Positions 35,721 to 48,794 of a stretch of DNA of 64,000 nucleotides are shown here, piece after piece. Under the pieces are notes generated by a model, which was not told the origin of the DNA, ran no database searches, and was given only the letters and a program-made list of their open reading frames with translations. Positions within the stretch are counted from its first letter, which is position 1. Every line of letters begins with the position of its first letter. Where the stretch lies: assembly GCF_963921235.1 (NCBI RefSeq), contig NC_086097.1, positions 224,690,001 to 224,754,000 of the forward strand. The letters are read 5' to 3'. Source of the stretch: Mobula hypostoma. Taxonomy: Eukaryota. The translations under genes and the position numbers were made by a program.

Positions 35721-36544
35721 GGGGGGTTGCCCAAAGAAAGCAATTGCCAAACATTTTGAGTTATTAAGTAACCAGCAATAAACCAGTTCTCTGTGTCCAA
35801 GACCATCAAGAACAATACAGTGACAAGGAGCATCATTAGACTGACAGGAAAATTGCGTTACCTTCATCTGCTACGTTGGTAAAGGATTTGATGTACCAAT
35901 TAATAATTGCCCTTCTCACCCTACATTTGAAATGTGGTGTGAGTTCATTTTTGAGTTTACTTTCTAAAGTGAACGGGATGATGGATGGAAGTCTTGTGGT
36001 TCAGAGATGTTTGGTTCCAATCTCTACAGAGCAGGATCAGATTCTCTGTTATCTCTGAAATTTTTATCACTTAAAGTGACTCCTTGCACCCCATAATACA
36101 TCCCCTAGGGTGTGTGTTGGTACTGTTTATTGCAAACTGTAGTGAGGGAAACAAAAAATGCTATTCTAGACCACTTGTGATGCTTAATATGAAAGAAAAA
36201 GTAAGCAGTTATTAAAGTATAAGCTCCAAGTGAACTCTGCAAATGGATTGTACACTGCAGAATGCAAAAGCTGACATGGTGTTGTCTATTTCTTTGCTCA
36301 GGAACTAACAAATGGGCCACATCTCCAGCAGGATGGAGTTCCAATTTGTCTGGTTCCTAATATTTACAGTGCCAGTTTTCTGTCCATTAATTGCTTAATC
36401 AATCTCTATGAAAGTTTAAAAATTCCTTTGCCAACTATTGAAAAATCACATTATATTTTATCCCTATTTTCCTTCTGATCCACCAATGGTCCAGCATTGA
36501 TGGTTGTTTGTCAGTCTGTACTTATGTATAGCTTTTCATAACTT

Positions 36545-37680
36545 GTACTTGTTTTTCAGAAGGCCTTTACCAAGGAGCCTCACAGGAGGCTGCTTAAGGG
36601 AAAGATACTAGCATGAATATAACATTCGCTAATTGGTAAAGAGAGGGAATAAAGGGAACACTTTCTGGTTGGCTGCCAGAGGCCAGTGGTGTCCCACAGG
36701 GATCTGTGTTGGGAATGATTCTTTTTATGTTATAAGTCAATGATTTGGAGGATGGATCAATGGCCCTGTGGCCAAGTTTGCAGATGATACAAAGACAGGT
36801 GGAGGAGCAGTTATTTTTGATGAGGTAGAGAAGCTACAGAAGGGCTTAGACAAATTAGGAGGATGGGCAAAGAAGTGGCAGATGGAATACAGTGTTGGGA
36901 AGCATCTAGTCATGCACTTTGGTAGAAGAAGTGAAAGAGTTGACTATTTTCTAAATGGAGAGAAAATTCAAAAATCTGAAAAAAAAGGTCCTGGGAGTCT
37001 TCATGCAGGATTGCCTAAGGGTTAATTTGCAGATTGAGTCAATGGTGAGGAAGGCAAATGTGACGTTAGCATTCATTTCAAGAGAACTAGAATATAAAAG
37101 AATGGATGCTCTGTTCAAACTTTACAAAGCACTGGTGAAGCCTCACATGGAGTATTGCGAGCAGTTTTGGGCCCCTTATCTAAGAACAGACATATTGATA
37201 TTGGAGAGGGTTCAAAGGAGGTTCACAAGAATGATTACAGGATTGAAAGGTTTATCATATGAGAAGTGCTTGGTGGCTCTGGATCTCTACTCACTGGAGT
37301 TCAGAATAATGAGGGGTGACCTCATTAAAACCTATTGAGTGTTGAAAGGGTTCAGCAGAGTGGATGTTTCTTATGGTGGGAGAATCTAAAGACTAGAGGA
37401 TGGAGCCTTAGAATAGAGGGGTGTCCTTTTTGAATGGAGATGAGGAAGAAGTTCTTTAGACAGAGAGTGGTGAATCTGTAGAATTTATTGCCACAGGCAG
37501 CTATGAAGGCTAAGTCATTGGGTATATTTAAGGCAGAGGTTGACTGACTCTTGATTAGACAAGGAATGAAAGTATGCAGGGAGAAGGCAGGAAACTGGGG
37601 CTGAGAGGGAATATCAGCCAAGATGAAATAGTGTTGATTGGCCAAGTGGCCCTAGTTCAGCTCCTATATCTTATAGCCTA
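36545..37680 (+). mobile_element. CR1 LINE fragment (RT to 3' UTR)
   Basis: ORFs 36768-37025 (AKFADDTK) and 36955-37338 (YKALVKPHMEYCEQFW). Confidence 0.88.
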
Positions 37681-37989
37681 AATTCTATAGTATTTCTTTA
37701 TTTTCCTGTAAATTCCTGCAAGAAAATGAATCTCCGTGTTGTATAAGGTGATGTATATGTACTTTGATAATAAATTTACTTTGACTTTGATGCAGGCGTT
37801 GTTTGATCTTGTTGAAAATATCACCTTCCCCATTTAGTATTGAGGAATAAAATACTCTTCCATTTGAATCTTTTTTGTCTTAACTACTTCTAGACTTCTG
37901 TTGTATAGTTGATATCCTGGAAAAGACTTCTTGTTCTTTGAATTATTAGAGTTCTTTAGAGAAGTACTTTGGTGTGAATAGAAGGGAAC

Positions 37990-39302
37990 TGGTGGATGTA
38001 CTGAGCATTTTGATTTACTGAAAGCATTTGATGAAGTGCCATATATAAGGTTATGGTGGAAAATAAAAGCTAATGGAGGTAACATATTGGCATGGACAGA
38101 AGATTGGCTGGTTAACAGGAAACAGACTATAAACAGGCCTTTTTCAGCTTGGCAAGTTTCAGTGAGTGCTGTGAGACCGGAAAGGTGCTGGGCTCTCAAC
38201 TTTTTGTAATTTATATAAATAACTCTGAAGACTAAATTTGCTATGTTTAAAGAAAGGGAGGAAAGTAAGCCAAGAAATCAATAGATCTTTGAGAGTTGGA
38301 GCTCAGAACCTTCCAGTTCTAGCAGCTTTCAGTTTTCTTTGTCACCAACATCTGGCCTGACAGAGAGGGCCACAAGTAAGTGTATCAGTGCTGACGGTGG
38401 CGGAGTGAAAGTGTTCTTGTTATTCAGGTCCCTGGTCATGTCCCGATGGAGTATTGCCACCAGTTCTCTTGGGAGATAAAAATAAATAATTCACTACTAA
38501 TACTTCTCTGAGCATTAAAATCAACTGGATCAGAGACACCCCAAAACAACACATAACATCTGTCTCTAAACAGCAAAAAATACAGCAGCAGGCATGTTCC
38601 AGATCTCAATTCTGGAGAGGTGAGTGGAGGAGAAAGTTGTGCTCAATGAGAAAACCCGTTGAAGCATTTGGGCTGAAGTGTTCTGCCCTCTCTCTGACTA
38701 GGAGGTAACGCTGAGGCTTTATAAGGCATTGGCCAGACCACACTTGGAATATTGTAAGCAGTTCTGGGCCCCTTGTCTAAGAAAGGATGCGCTGGAGTAG
38801 CAGGGGATCCAGAGGAGATTTATGAGAAAGATCCCAGGAATGAAAGGGTTAATGTATGACGACTGTTTGATGGTTGTGAGCCTGTACTCACTGGAGTTTA
38901 GAAGAATTGGCTGGGGAGGAGAAGGGTAATATTCTCATTGAAACGTATTGAATTTTGGAAATCCTAGACCGAGTGGATGTGGAGAGGGTGTTTCCTATAG
39001 TGAGGAAGTCTAGGACCAGAGGGCACAGCCTCAGAATAGAAGGACATCCCTTTAAATAGAAATTAGAAAGAATTTCTTTAGCCAGCGGGTAGTTAATCTG
39101 TGGAATTCATTGCCACAGATGGCTGTAAAAACTAAACTATTGGGTACAAATAAAGTGGATGTTGATAGGTTCTTGATTAGGAACGGCATAAAGCTTATGG
39201 TGAGAGGCAGGAAAATGGGATTGAGATAAATCAGTAATGATCAAATGATGGAGCAAACCTGATGCGCCAAATAACCTAATTCTGCTTCTATCTATTATGG
39301 TC
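37990..39302 (+). mobile_element. Two degenerate CR1 fragments (about 37990-38290 and 38590-39302)
   Basis: AAAGCATTTGATGAAGTGCCA (KAFDEVP) in the first; CTTTATAAGGCATTGGCCAGACCACACTTGG through the 3' UTR in the second. Confidence 0.7.
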
Positions 39303-40323
39303 CTACTGTCTACACTCCGTTATACATGGTTCCCTCTCAGAACCTGAGCGTGAGTGGACTTATTCCCATAGTTAACCAAAATGAAACATACTTTAGCTTT
39401 TTTTTACCCGCTGTGACTTACAATCTAATCAGATGTTTTTACAGTCATGGTGCAGCTGATTCCAGTCTCAGGACAACACCCTTCCTGCGTCAGCCTCTCT
39501 ACAGATCCTCTCACTGTGAATACCTCTGTGTGGTGATCTCAGATTCTTTGAATGGAGTTTACAAATTATTTGGAATGTGTAATTTACTAAAAAAAATACG
39601 GTATGTCAAAAATAATTTCACCCATTTTCAACTGAGTTAGGATTAGAACTACATTCCCTTGTCTCTGGGTGCCAGTCCCTGACCCCACTGATGGTCTACA
39701 GAACTGCTGGAAAATAAAACTTACTTTATTTTCTTATCATTCATTAAGGAATAGACTAAACATGTTATCTTGGTGCTAAATATTGGCTGCTTCCTTCACA
39801 TAAAGCCTTTATCCAGAAGGGAGATACTGCCATCAGTATTTAAGAACTTGTTTGCCATCACTAAGCACAGTATTGTTAACATTAAATGTAAAATAATCTC
39901 ATTTAGTAAAGAGGCTATAGACTTATTAGGGTGCATTCTGGTTATAGAGTTAATAGCAAATATTAATTTCAACAGCAACCAATCTTTAGATTTGAATGTG
40001 GATTGTAGATTGAATTTAAAATACAGCTCTGAACAATGATCAGACTGGAGTTGATTGCAAACCGGGAAGCACCCATTCATTTTATGTTTGTACTTGCATG
40101 AATGCAGCTAAGGGGAGACAGTGCTGATTAACATTCATTTTAGGTGTCTGGAGTGTTATTGTGAAGATGGAGGTGTTTGAAAAATTATCTGTAATCCAAA
40201 GGAAGTATTGTGTATATATTGTAACTATAGAATTGTCCTTCTGTTATCTTTGATATCTAGCATATGCAAATGTCATGTAATATTGGGTCAGGCAGGCCAC
40301 TTCTTCCAAGAGTGTCTAGAATA

Positions 40324-40959
40324 GCAACACACATCAAAGTTGCTGGTGAACGCAGCAGGCCAGGCAGCATCTCTAAGAAGAGGCACAGTCGACGTTTTGG
40401 GCCGAGACCCTTCGTCAGGACTAACTGAAGGAAGAGTTAGTAAGAGATTTGAAAGTGGGAGGGGGAGGGGGAGATCCAAAATGATAGGAGAAGACAGGAG
40501 GGGGAGGGATGGAACCAAGAGCTGGACAGGTGATTGGCAAAAGGGATATGAGAGGATCATGGGACAGGAGGCCCAGGGAGAAGGAAAAGGGGGTGGGGGG
40601 ATCCCAAAGGATGGGCAAGGGGTATAGTCAGAGGGACAAAAAGGAGAGAGATAGAAAGAATGTGTGTATAAAAATAAATAACGGATGGGGTACGAGGGGG
40701 AGGTGGGACATTAGCAGAAGTTAGAGAAGTCAATCAGTCAATCAGGCTACCCAGACGGAATATAAGGTGTTGTTCCTCCAACCTGAGTGTGGCTTCATCT
40801 TTACAGTAGAGGAGGCAGTGGATAGGCATATCTGAATGGGAATGGGATGTGGAATTAAAATGTGTGGCCACTGGGAGATCCTGCTTTCTCTAGCGTTCAC
40901 CAGCAACTTTGATGTGTGTTGCTTGAATTTCCAGCATCTGCAGAATTCCTCGTGTTTAC
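40324..40959. mobile_element. Penelope-like terminal insertion with a short inverted arm
   Basis: 40324-40891 matches 25124-25712 with small deletions. 40892-40959 is the inverted terminus plus extension. TSD GTGTCT(A/T)GAATAG at 40312-40324 and 40960-40972. The hammerhead core is mutated (GAAA>AAAA). Confidence 0.9.
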
Positions 40960-41645
40960 GTGTCTTGAATAGGATGCCTGCTTCTCATTTTGCTGAATAA
41001 ACACTTCTATATTCACTAGCTTCAGTGTCTGTCCGGTGACTTGCAGTCACAACAGACTTTATGACATGCCTCATGAAGATTAAACCAAATATTCCACTGA
41101 CATTTCAAAAAATGTTGCCATTTTAATGAACTGAACAAAATTAACAATGCATATTTTGACATAAGCTCATGTAATTAGCATGAAATAGGCACATTGGCTC
41201 ACTGAGTTCATGCTGACCATCAAGTACCCAATTTCAGGAACTCTCTTCACTGTTCTCAGATTCTACCACATTTCCTAAATGCATGATCACACAAGGGACA
41301 ATTTAGAATGGTCCATTAGCCCTCTAGTCTGCCTGTTTTTGATGTGTGGGAGGAAACACATGCACTCTGAGGGAACATGTGTACTCTCCATACATGGTGG
41401 TACACATGTATATGGCCAGGACAGAAGCTGGCTCTCAGTAGCTATGAGATAGTACATCTATTAGCTGCACAACAGTGATCTCCCACAATCTGAAGCTGCA
41501 GAGAGAAGGTTAATTTGGTAACAAGCATACAAAGTATAAATCTATGAAACACAGGTGTTATATCAATATAAAAATATGGCAGGAAAGGATTGGATTTTGA
41601 GCGAGCTATTAACACGAGAAGTTTTTCAGATGGTGAAGATCCAAA

Positions 41646-41750
41646 GCAACACATACAAAACACTGGCAGAACTCAGTAGGTCAGGCAGCATCTATGGAAA
41701 TGAACAAACGGCTGATGTTTCAGGCCGAGACCTTCTTCAGGACTGGAGAG
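41646..41750 (-). mobile_element. Diverged PLE-terminus fragment with a hammerhead-like core
   Basis: Minus strand AGTC-CTGAAGA-AGG(tctcgg)CCT-GAAA-CATC; ends in …TGTGTTGC like the other PLE copies. Confidence 0.7.
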
Positions 41751-42885
41751 ACTTGAGCAACCTGTGCAATCTAGCCATCTACTTGCCTGCTTTCTGACTT
41801 GGTTTGCAGAACTAAAGTCAAAGTGTCATGAACTAAATTAAGATCTCACATTAGAATATAATGATAGTTAGAGGAAGTAGTCGCTCTGGAACGTCTTAAT
41901 GATGTGTGTGTTTAACTGGACTAACACAAAAGTTCTTCTTTCATAAAGTGGTAGATTATCCTATCTTGGAAGCACAGTTTTAGACTGGGAAAATGTGGTG
42001 AAACAGCAAATTAGTCCAGCTGGAACTACTTCAGTATTAATAGATATTCACTGAGGTAATTTACCTCTAACACAATTCTCTTATTCAGTGAATGAGAAGT
42101 GTTCTGGCCGTAAATATTAAATATGTATTTCTGTGAAATTTTATTGTTATCTATTGAACCAAATGAATTTGAATACGATTAATACATTCAAAGTGCTTAT
42201 GGAAATGAAACCAGACAGTTTCAGTTTTATTGCTGTAGTCATGATAATTTTTTCCATTCATTCCAAAAAAAGAACTCAAGCACAATAAACAGTGATAATG
42301 AAGTGCCAGGGAACCGAGTAAGACCAAACTAACCATGTTATTGTCAGTTTTTGGGAGCAAAGTATTGCTCATCCTCCATGTCCCACGAATGAATGTTACC
42401 ATGGAAGCAGCTGCCTGAACTCTGATGGTTTCATAGAACATAGAACATAGAAATTTACAGCACATTACAGGCCATGTTGTGTCGACCGTGTAACCTACTC
42501 TAGAAACTGCCTAGAATTCCCTTAGCACATAGCCCTCTATTTTTCTAAGCTCCATGTACCTATCCAAGAGGCTCTTAAAAGACCCTATCGTATCCACCTC
42601 TATCACCATGCATTCCACGCACCCACCACTCTCTGTGTGAAAAATTTACCACTGACATCCCCCTTGTACCTGTTTCCAAGCACCTTAAAACTCTGCCCCC
42701 TCGTGTTAACCATTTCAGCCCTGGGAAAAAAACCTTTGGCTATCCACACGATCAAAGTCTCTCATCATCTTATACACCCCTATCAGGTCACCTCTCATCC
42801 TCCGTCACTCCAAGGAGAAAAGGCCAAGTACACTCAACCTATTCTCATAAGGAACGCCATCCAATCCAGAAACATCTTTGTAAAT

Positions 42886-43530
42886 GGCGCGCAGCCTCGT
42901 CAGTGGTGATGTCTGTTACCTGTCAAGTAGGGGACTGTGCACAATTCTGATTTGATGGAGAAGGACGTGAGAGTACGGAGGAGCATCTGGAAAACTTCTG
43001 AAATGCCCGCTTCGTTGCCGCTGCTACTGTGTGGTAACCGGAATCTCTGGAGCAGAAGGCCCCGAAATCCTCAACGTTGCATGTTTCAGCGGCCGGGGCG
43101 AGGTCGAAGGCGCTCAGCAGAGGATGGCGCTTGGGAGGCTGTATCGGAGAGGCTGGTCGGAAGCTCGAAGTTTTCCAATGGATGGACTCAGTGTCGGCTG
43201 TTGTCGGGTGCTTCCAAGGCATCGGCAAGTTGACGGTGCCTGGAGGTTAATGGCAGGGGGTTTCTCCCTTTTGCCGCCGCTATCTCGGGAGTCAATCGAC
43301 TCGGGACTTTTGAGACTTTATTTACCGTGCCCATGGTTGGTTCTTCATCAAGTTATGGTATTGCTTTGCACTGCTGTAACTATATGTTATAATTATGTGG
43401 TTCTGTCAGTGTTAGTCTTTGGTTTGTCTTGTTTTCTGTGACATCACTCCAGAGAAACATTATATCATTTCTTAATATATGTATGCATTTCTAAATGACA
43501 GTAAAAGAGGACTGAGTGTTCTCATAATCT
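42886..43530 (+). mobile_element. Non-autonomous, CpG-rich retroelement inserted in CR1
   Basis: Interrupts the CR1 at …TTTGTAAAT|…|AAATCTCTTCTGC with TAAAT duplicated. Starts ATGGCGC and ends in (AATCT)n; no recognisable ORF. Confidence 0.65.
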
Positions 43531-44577
43531 AAATCTCTTCTGCACTCTCTCTATAGTATCCACATCCTTCCTGTAGAGAGGGGACCAGAAGTGAATACAG
43601 TACTCCAAGTGGGGTCTGACCAAGGCCTTATATAGCCGTAACATTACCTCACTGCTCTTGAACTCAATCCCATAGTTGATGAACGGCAACACACCATATA
43701 CCTTCTTAACAACACTCTCAACCTGCGCAGCAGCTTTGAGTGTCCTATGGACATGGACCCAAAAATCTCTCAGATTCTCCACACTGCCAAGAGTCAAAAT
43801 TGTTACATACTTAAGGAATTCCATCAGGCTCGTAACGTACTACCTGCCATTGACAAAGCCATGCTGGCTATCCCTAATGAGATTATGTTTCTCCAAATGC
43901 ATTTATATTACATTCTGTCTTCAAATTGGACCTTCCAAAATGAACCACTTCACACTTATCTGGGTTGAAGTCCATCGCCACTTCTCAGCCCAGTTCTGCA
44001 TCCTATCAATGTCCTGCTATAACTTTTGCCATCCCTCCAGACTATCCACAACACCCCCAACCTTTGTGTCATCAGCAAACTTACTAACCCACCCTTCTAC
44101 TTCTTCAATCAGGTCATTTATAAAAATCAAAAAGAGGAGGGTTACCAGAACAAATCCCTGCGGAACACCACTGGTCTCCAACCTCGATGCAGGATATGAA
44201 CCATCTACAACTACACTTTGCCTTCTGTGGGCAACTCAATTTTAGATCCACAAAGCAAAGTCTCCTTGGATCCATGCCTCCTTACGTTCTGAAGAAGCCT
44301 TGTATGGGGAATCTTATCAAATGCCTTACTGAAATCCATATACACTACGTCCACTGCTCTACCTTCATCAAAGTGTTTTGTTACATCCTTATAGAATTCC
44401 ATCAGGCTCGTAAGGTATGACCTTCCCTAGACAAAGCCATGCTGGCTATCTCTAATCAGATTATGTCTCTTCAAGTGCACATAAATCCTGCCTCGCAGGA
44501 ACTTCTCCAACAACTTTCCTACCACTGAATTAATTCTCACTGGTCTATAATTTCCTGGGTTATCTCTACTCCCTTTC

Positions 44578-45493
44578 AAGTCAAGTCGTCAAGTCACTTT
44601 TATTGCCATTTCGACCATAACTGCTGGTACAGTACACAGTAAAAACGAGACAACATTTTTTCGGGACCATGGTGCTACATGAAACAATACAAAAACTACG
44701 TAAAAAAACAACACAAAACTACACTAGACTACAGACCTACCCAGGACTGCATAAAGTGCACAAAACAGTGCAGGCATTACAATAAATAATAAACAAGACA
44801 ATAGGCACAGTAGAAGGCAGTAGGTTGGTGTCAGTCCAGGCTCTAGGTATTGAGGAGTCTGGTGACTTGGGGGAAGAAACTGTTACATAGTCTGGTTGTG
44901 AGAGCCCGAATGCTTCGGTGTCTTTTGCCAGATGGCAGGAGGGAGAAGAGTTTGTATGAGGGGTGCGTGGTGTCCTTCATAATGATGTTTGCTTTGCGGA
45001 TGCAGTGTGTGGTGTAAATGTCTCTAATGGCGGGAAGAGAGACTCCGATGATCTTCTCAGCTGACTTCACTATCCGCTGCAGGGTCTTGCAATTTGAGAA
45101 GGTACAATTTCCGAACCAGGCAGTGATGCAGCTGCTCAGGATGCTCTCAATACAACCTCTGTAGAATGTGGTGAGGATGGGGTTGGGTGGGAGATGGACT
45201 TTTCTCAGCCTTCACAGAAAGTAGAGACGCTGCTGGGCTTTCTTTGCTATGGAGCTGGTGTTGAGGGACCAGGTGAGATTCTCCACCAGGTGAACACCAA
45301 GACATTTGGTGCTCTTAACGATCTCTACGGAGGAGTCGTCGATGTTCAGTGGAGAGTGGTCGTTCCGTGTCCTCCTGAAGTCAACAACCATCTCTTTTGT
45401 TTTGTTCACATTCAGAGACAGGTTGTTGGCTCTGTACCAGTCTGTTTGCCGCTGCACCTCCTCTCTGTATGCTGACTCATCGTTCTTGCTGAT
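44578..45493 (-). mobile_element. Rex1/Babar-type LINE, 5'-truncated, inserted in CR1
   Basis: ISKNDESAYREEVQ…NNLSLNVNKTKEMVVDFRR and FSLLPSGKRHRSI; (GACTT)n tail. Splits the CR1 at CCCTTTC|…|GAACCAAGGGAAC. Confidence 0.88.
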
Positions 45494-46530
45494 GAACCAA
45501 GGGAACAACATTTGCAACCATCTAGTCCTCTGGTACTTCTTCCATCTCTATTAATGACTCAAAGATCATTGCAAGAGGCTCAGCAATCTCCTCCCTCACT
45601 TCCCATGCATTTCCCTGAGAACATCTGCTCCCAAATTCCTGCCTAATAGAATCATATTTTGCCCTGCCCCAACTAAATGTTTTCCCAAAATATTTGCTCC
45701 TATCCCTCTCCAGTGTTATAGTGAAGGAGACAGAGTTGTGGCCACTACCTCCAAAATGCTTTCCTACCGAGAGATCTGACACCTGACCAAGTTCATTTCC
45801 CAATTCCAGATCAAGTACAGCCTCTCCTCTTGTTGGCTTATCTGCATATTGCGTCAGGAAACCTTCCTGAACACACCTAACAAACTCCATCCCATTTAAA
45901 CCCCTTGTGCTATTGAGATGTCAATCAATATTAGGAAATTTAAAGTCTTCCATCATGACAACTCTATTATTATTGCACCATTCCAGAATCTACATTCCTG
46001 TCTGATCCTTGATGTCCCTGTTACTAGTGGGGGGGGGGGGGTCCTATAAAAACACCCAGTAGAGTTATTTTCCCTTTCCTGTTTTTAACTTCCACCCACA
46101 ATGACTCAGTAGACCATCCCTCCATGTCTCTCTCTTGTTCTGCAGACATGACACTATCCTTAATTGGCAATGCCACACCCCCACCTCTTTTGCCTCCCTC
46201 AATCTTCTGCTTGAAATATCTGAAGCCTGGCACACTCAGCAGCCATTCCTGCTCCTGAGACAACCAAGTCTCTGTAATTGCCACAATGTCATATTTCCAC
46301 GCATTGATCCACACTCTAAGTTCATCCACCTTGTTTATGATACTCCTTGCATTAAAATAGACACATTTCAAACCATCAGGCTGAGTGCATCTTTGCTCTG
46401 ACATCTGCCTGTCCTTCCTCACAAACTCCCTACAAGCTGTCTCTACTTGTGCTCTAACCTCCCCATCCTCCACCTCTTCACTTCGGTTCTCATCTCCCTG
46501 CAATTCTAGTTTAAACCCGCCCCAACAGCA

Positions 46531-47427
46531 TTAGTAAATCTCCCTGCTAGGATATTGGTCCCCTCTCAGATTCAAGCACAACCCGTCCTTTTTGTACAGG
46601 TCACAACTGCCCCAGAAAACGTCCCTATGATCCAAAAATCTGAATCCCTGCTCCCTGCTCCAATCCTTCAGCCACTCATGTATCCTCCACCTCATTCTAT
46701 TCTTATACTCACTGTCGTGTGGCACAGGCAGTAATCCCGACATTACTACTTTCGAGGTCCTGCTTCTCAGCTTCCTTCCTAACTCCCTGTATTCTGCTTT
46801 CAGGACCTCCACACTTTTTCTTCCTATGTCATTGGTACCAATATGTACCACGACCTCTGGCTGTTCACCCTCCCTTTTCAGGATATTGTGGATGCGCTCA
46901 GAAACGTCATGAGCCCTGGCACCTGGGAGGCAAACTATCATCCCTGTTTTTTTTTCGCGCCTACAGAATCGCCAATCTGTTCCTCTGACTATGGAGTCCC
47001 CTATTACCACTGCCCTCTTCTTCCATTCCCTACCCTTCTGAGCCACAGGGCCAGACTCAGTGCCACTGTTGCTTCCCCCAGGCAGCCCCCCCCAACAGCA
47101 CTCAAAATGGAGTACTTAGTGTTAAGGGGGACAGCCACAGGGGTGCTCTCCACCATGTGATGCCTTCCTTTCCCTCTCCTGATGGTCACCCACTTATCTG
47201 TCTCCTTTGGCCCCGGGGCAACGACCTGTCTGTAGCTCCTGTCTCTCCCTAACAAGCCAAAAGTCATCGAGCTGCAGCTCCAGGTCCCTAACTTGGTTTC
47301 TAAGGAGCTGCAGCTTGATGCACTTGGCACAGATGTGGTCATCAGGGAGGCTGGACATCTCCCGGACATCCCACATTTGACACCCAGAACAGAAAACTGG
47401 CCTTGCAGACATACCCACTATTCTCAT
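46531..47427 (-). pseudogene. CR1 ORF1 (Cys motif + SGNH/GDSL esterase domain), frameshifted
   Basis: VIGDSIVRG, LPGA and VVVHIGTNDIG blocks in ORF 46531-47046; N-terminal Cys motif in 47194-47427. Confidence 0.88.
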
Positions 47428-47659
47428 TACAGGGGAGAGAAAAGTTACCGGCCTCGCCTAGGCCTGTTCTCGCCGAAGCCCTGATGAGCCAAAGCCCTAC
47501 TACTCTGACTTACACTACTCCCACGACCCAGTGTCTCGCTTTTATTAGAGAGCTTTCTTAGCGTCCTTGCACGATGACGAGCTACTGCTAAGTCATAAAC
47601 TAAAATCAGTTTTAATCTTATTGAGGATGTAATTGGGGGTTCCAAGGCTTTTTTTGTGA

Positions 47660-47986
47660 CTTACTTACTTACTGCCCATTATGCTGCTGCAGTTTAGGGC
47701 AGCAATGAAGGTCCTCCATCTCTATCTGTCCATACCATTGCATAGATATAGAAGGATTCTTCATTGCTGTATCCATAACAATTGTATTGACCAGTCCGGG
47801 TTGTTAGCCCTAAGCTGAACCCGTGAACCTACAGGACAGGTGGACTAGTCTTATTCTGGCCTCAATCCTTTGAGCTGTTTGGCATTGGTGAACCTACCAA
47901 CAGCCAAAGCACAAGGCCCTGGCTCTAGCCAACATAGCTCCCTGGCCACCAATCTATGACATGGCTTGTGGTCCTCTTGGAGGTTG
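47660..47986 (-). mobile_element. Bipartite non-autonomous RTE-type element (SINE-like)
   Basis: Minus strand has an RTE-5'UTR-like GGGTTCAGCTTAGGGCTAACAACCC, an RTE-like 3' end (AGATGGAGGACCTTCATTGCTGCCCTA) and a (TAAG)n tail. TSD TTTTGTGA at 47652-47659 and 47987-47994. Confidence 0.65.
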
Positions 47987-48228
47987 TTTTGTGAGGCCAA
48001 GACTGAATTGATTGGTGAAAGTCTATCCTCATTATTCTTCAGTGGTTGTAGTGGAGTAATGCTATTGCTCTTCTGTCACTACACTAATTCTGAAAGCTAA
48101 AATTCCAACATCTCTTTGAGTAAATATACAAATCCTCACGCTAAGAATATTGGGACAAATTTCCATTACACGATATTATCTAATACATGATAACCAAACA
48201 AATGTTAGTGATCCGACATGCTAGTTCA

Positions 48229-48520
48229 ATTTATTTAGAGATACAGCGGGGACAGGCCCTTCCAGCCCACCAAGTCGCGTTGCCTAGCAACCCACAGATT
48301 TTAACCCTAGCCTAATCACAGAACAACTTACAATGAACAACTATCCGATCAACCAGTACGTCTTTGGACTATGGGAGGAAACCTGAGCACCTGGTCAAAC
48401 CCATGCGCATATGGGAAGAACATACAAACTTTCTTACTGAAGACACCAGACATGAACTCCGAACTCCATTGCCCCGACCTGTAAAAGCATCGTGCTAACT
48501 GCTAGGCTACCATGGTGCCC
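48229..48520 (-). mobile_element. tRNA-derived V-SINE
   Basis: Minus strand GGGCACCATGGTAGCCTAGCAGTTAGC head and V-domain GGTTTCCTCCCATAGTCCAAAGAC. Confidence 0.8.
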
Positions 48521-48794
48521 CATCTGCAATGCTGATTTCTTGGGACAATATAATGGCTTCTTTGTTATCCCTCCCTCCTCCCTTCTTCATCTCAATAAAC
48601 AGGACGGGGTCAGGGATTTAACTATAGCGATCAGACATCATACATGTGTCTGTCATCTTTTTACTGGAATGTATACTGGGAAGTACAAAATATTTAACTA
48701 AAATATTTAAATGGGGTTACCACTCTGCAACTGGGAATCAGATTTAAAATTTAAGCTGTGCTGCACGTGTTTCCCGGAGCTTGGGAAACTTATT

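Larger units (their letters stand above)
42432..47590 (-). mobile_element. Near-full-length CR1 LINE with two nested insertions and an internal deletion
   Basis: ORF1 Cys motif (FCSGCQMW…ICAKC), esterase domain, APE (YFNARSI…IVAITETWL), RT (DFSKAFDKIPH) and a (TTCTATG)n tail at 42432. Confidence 0.9.
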
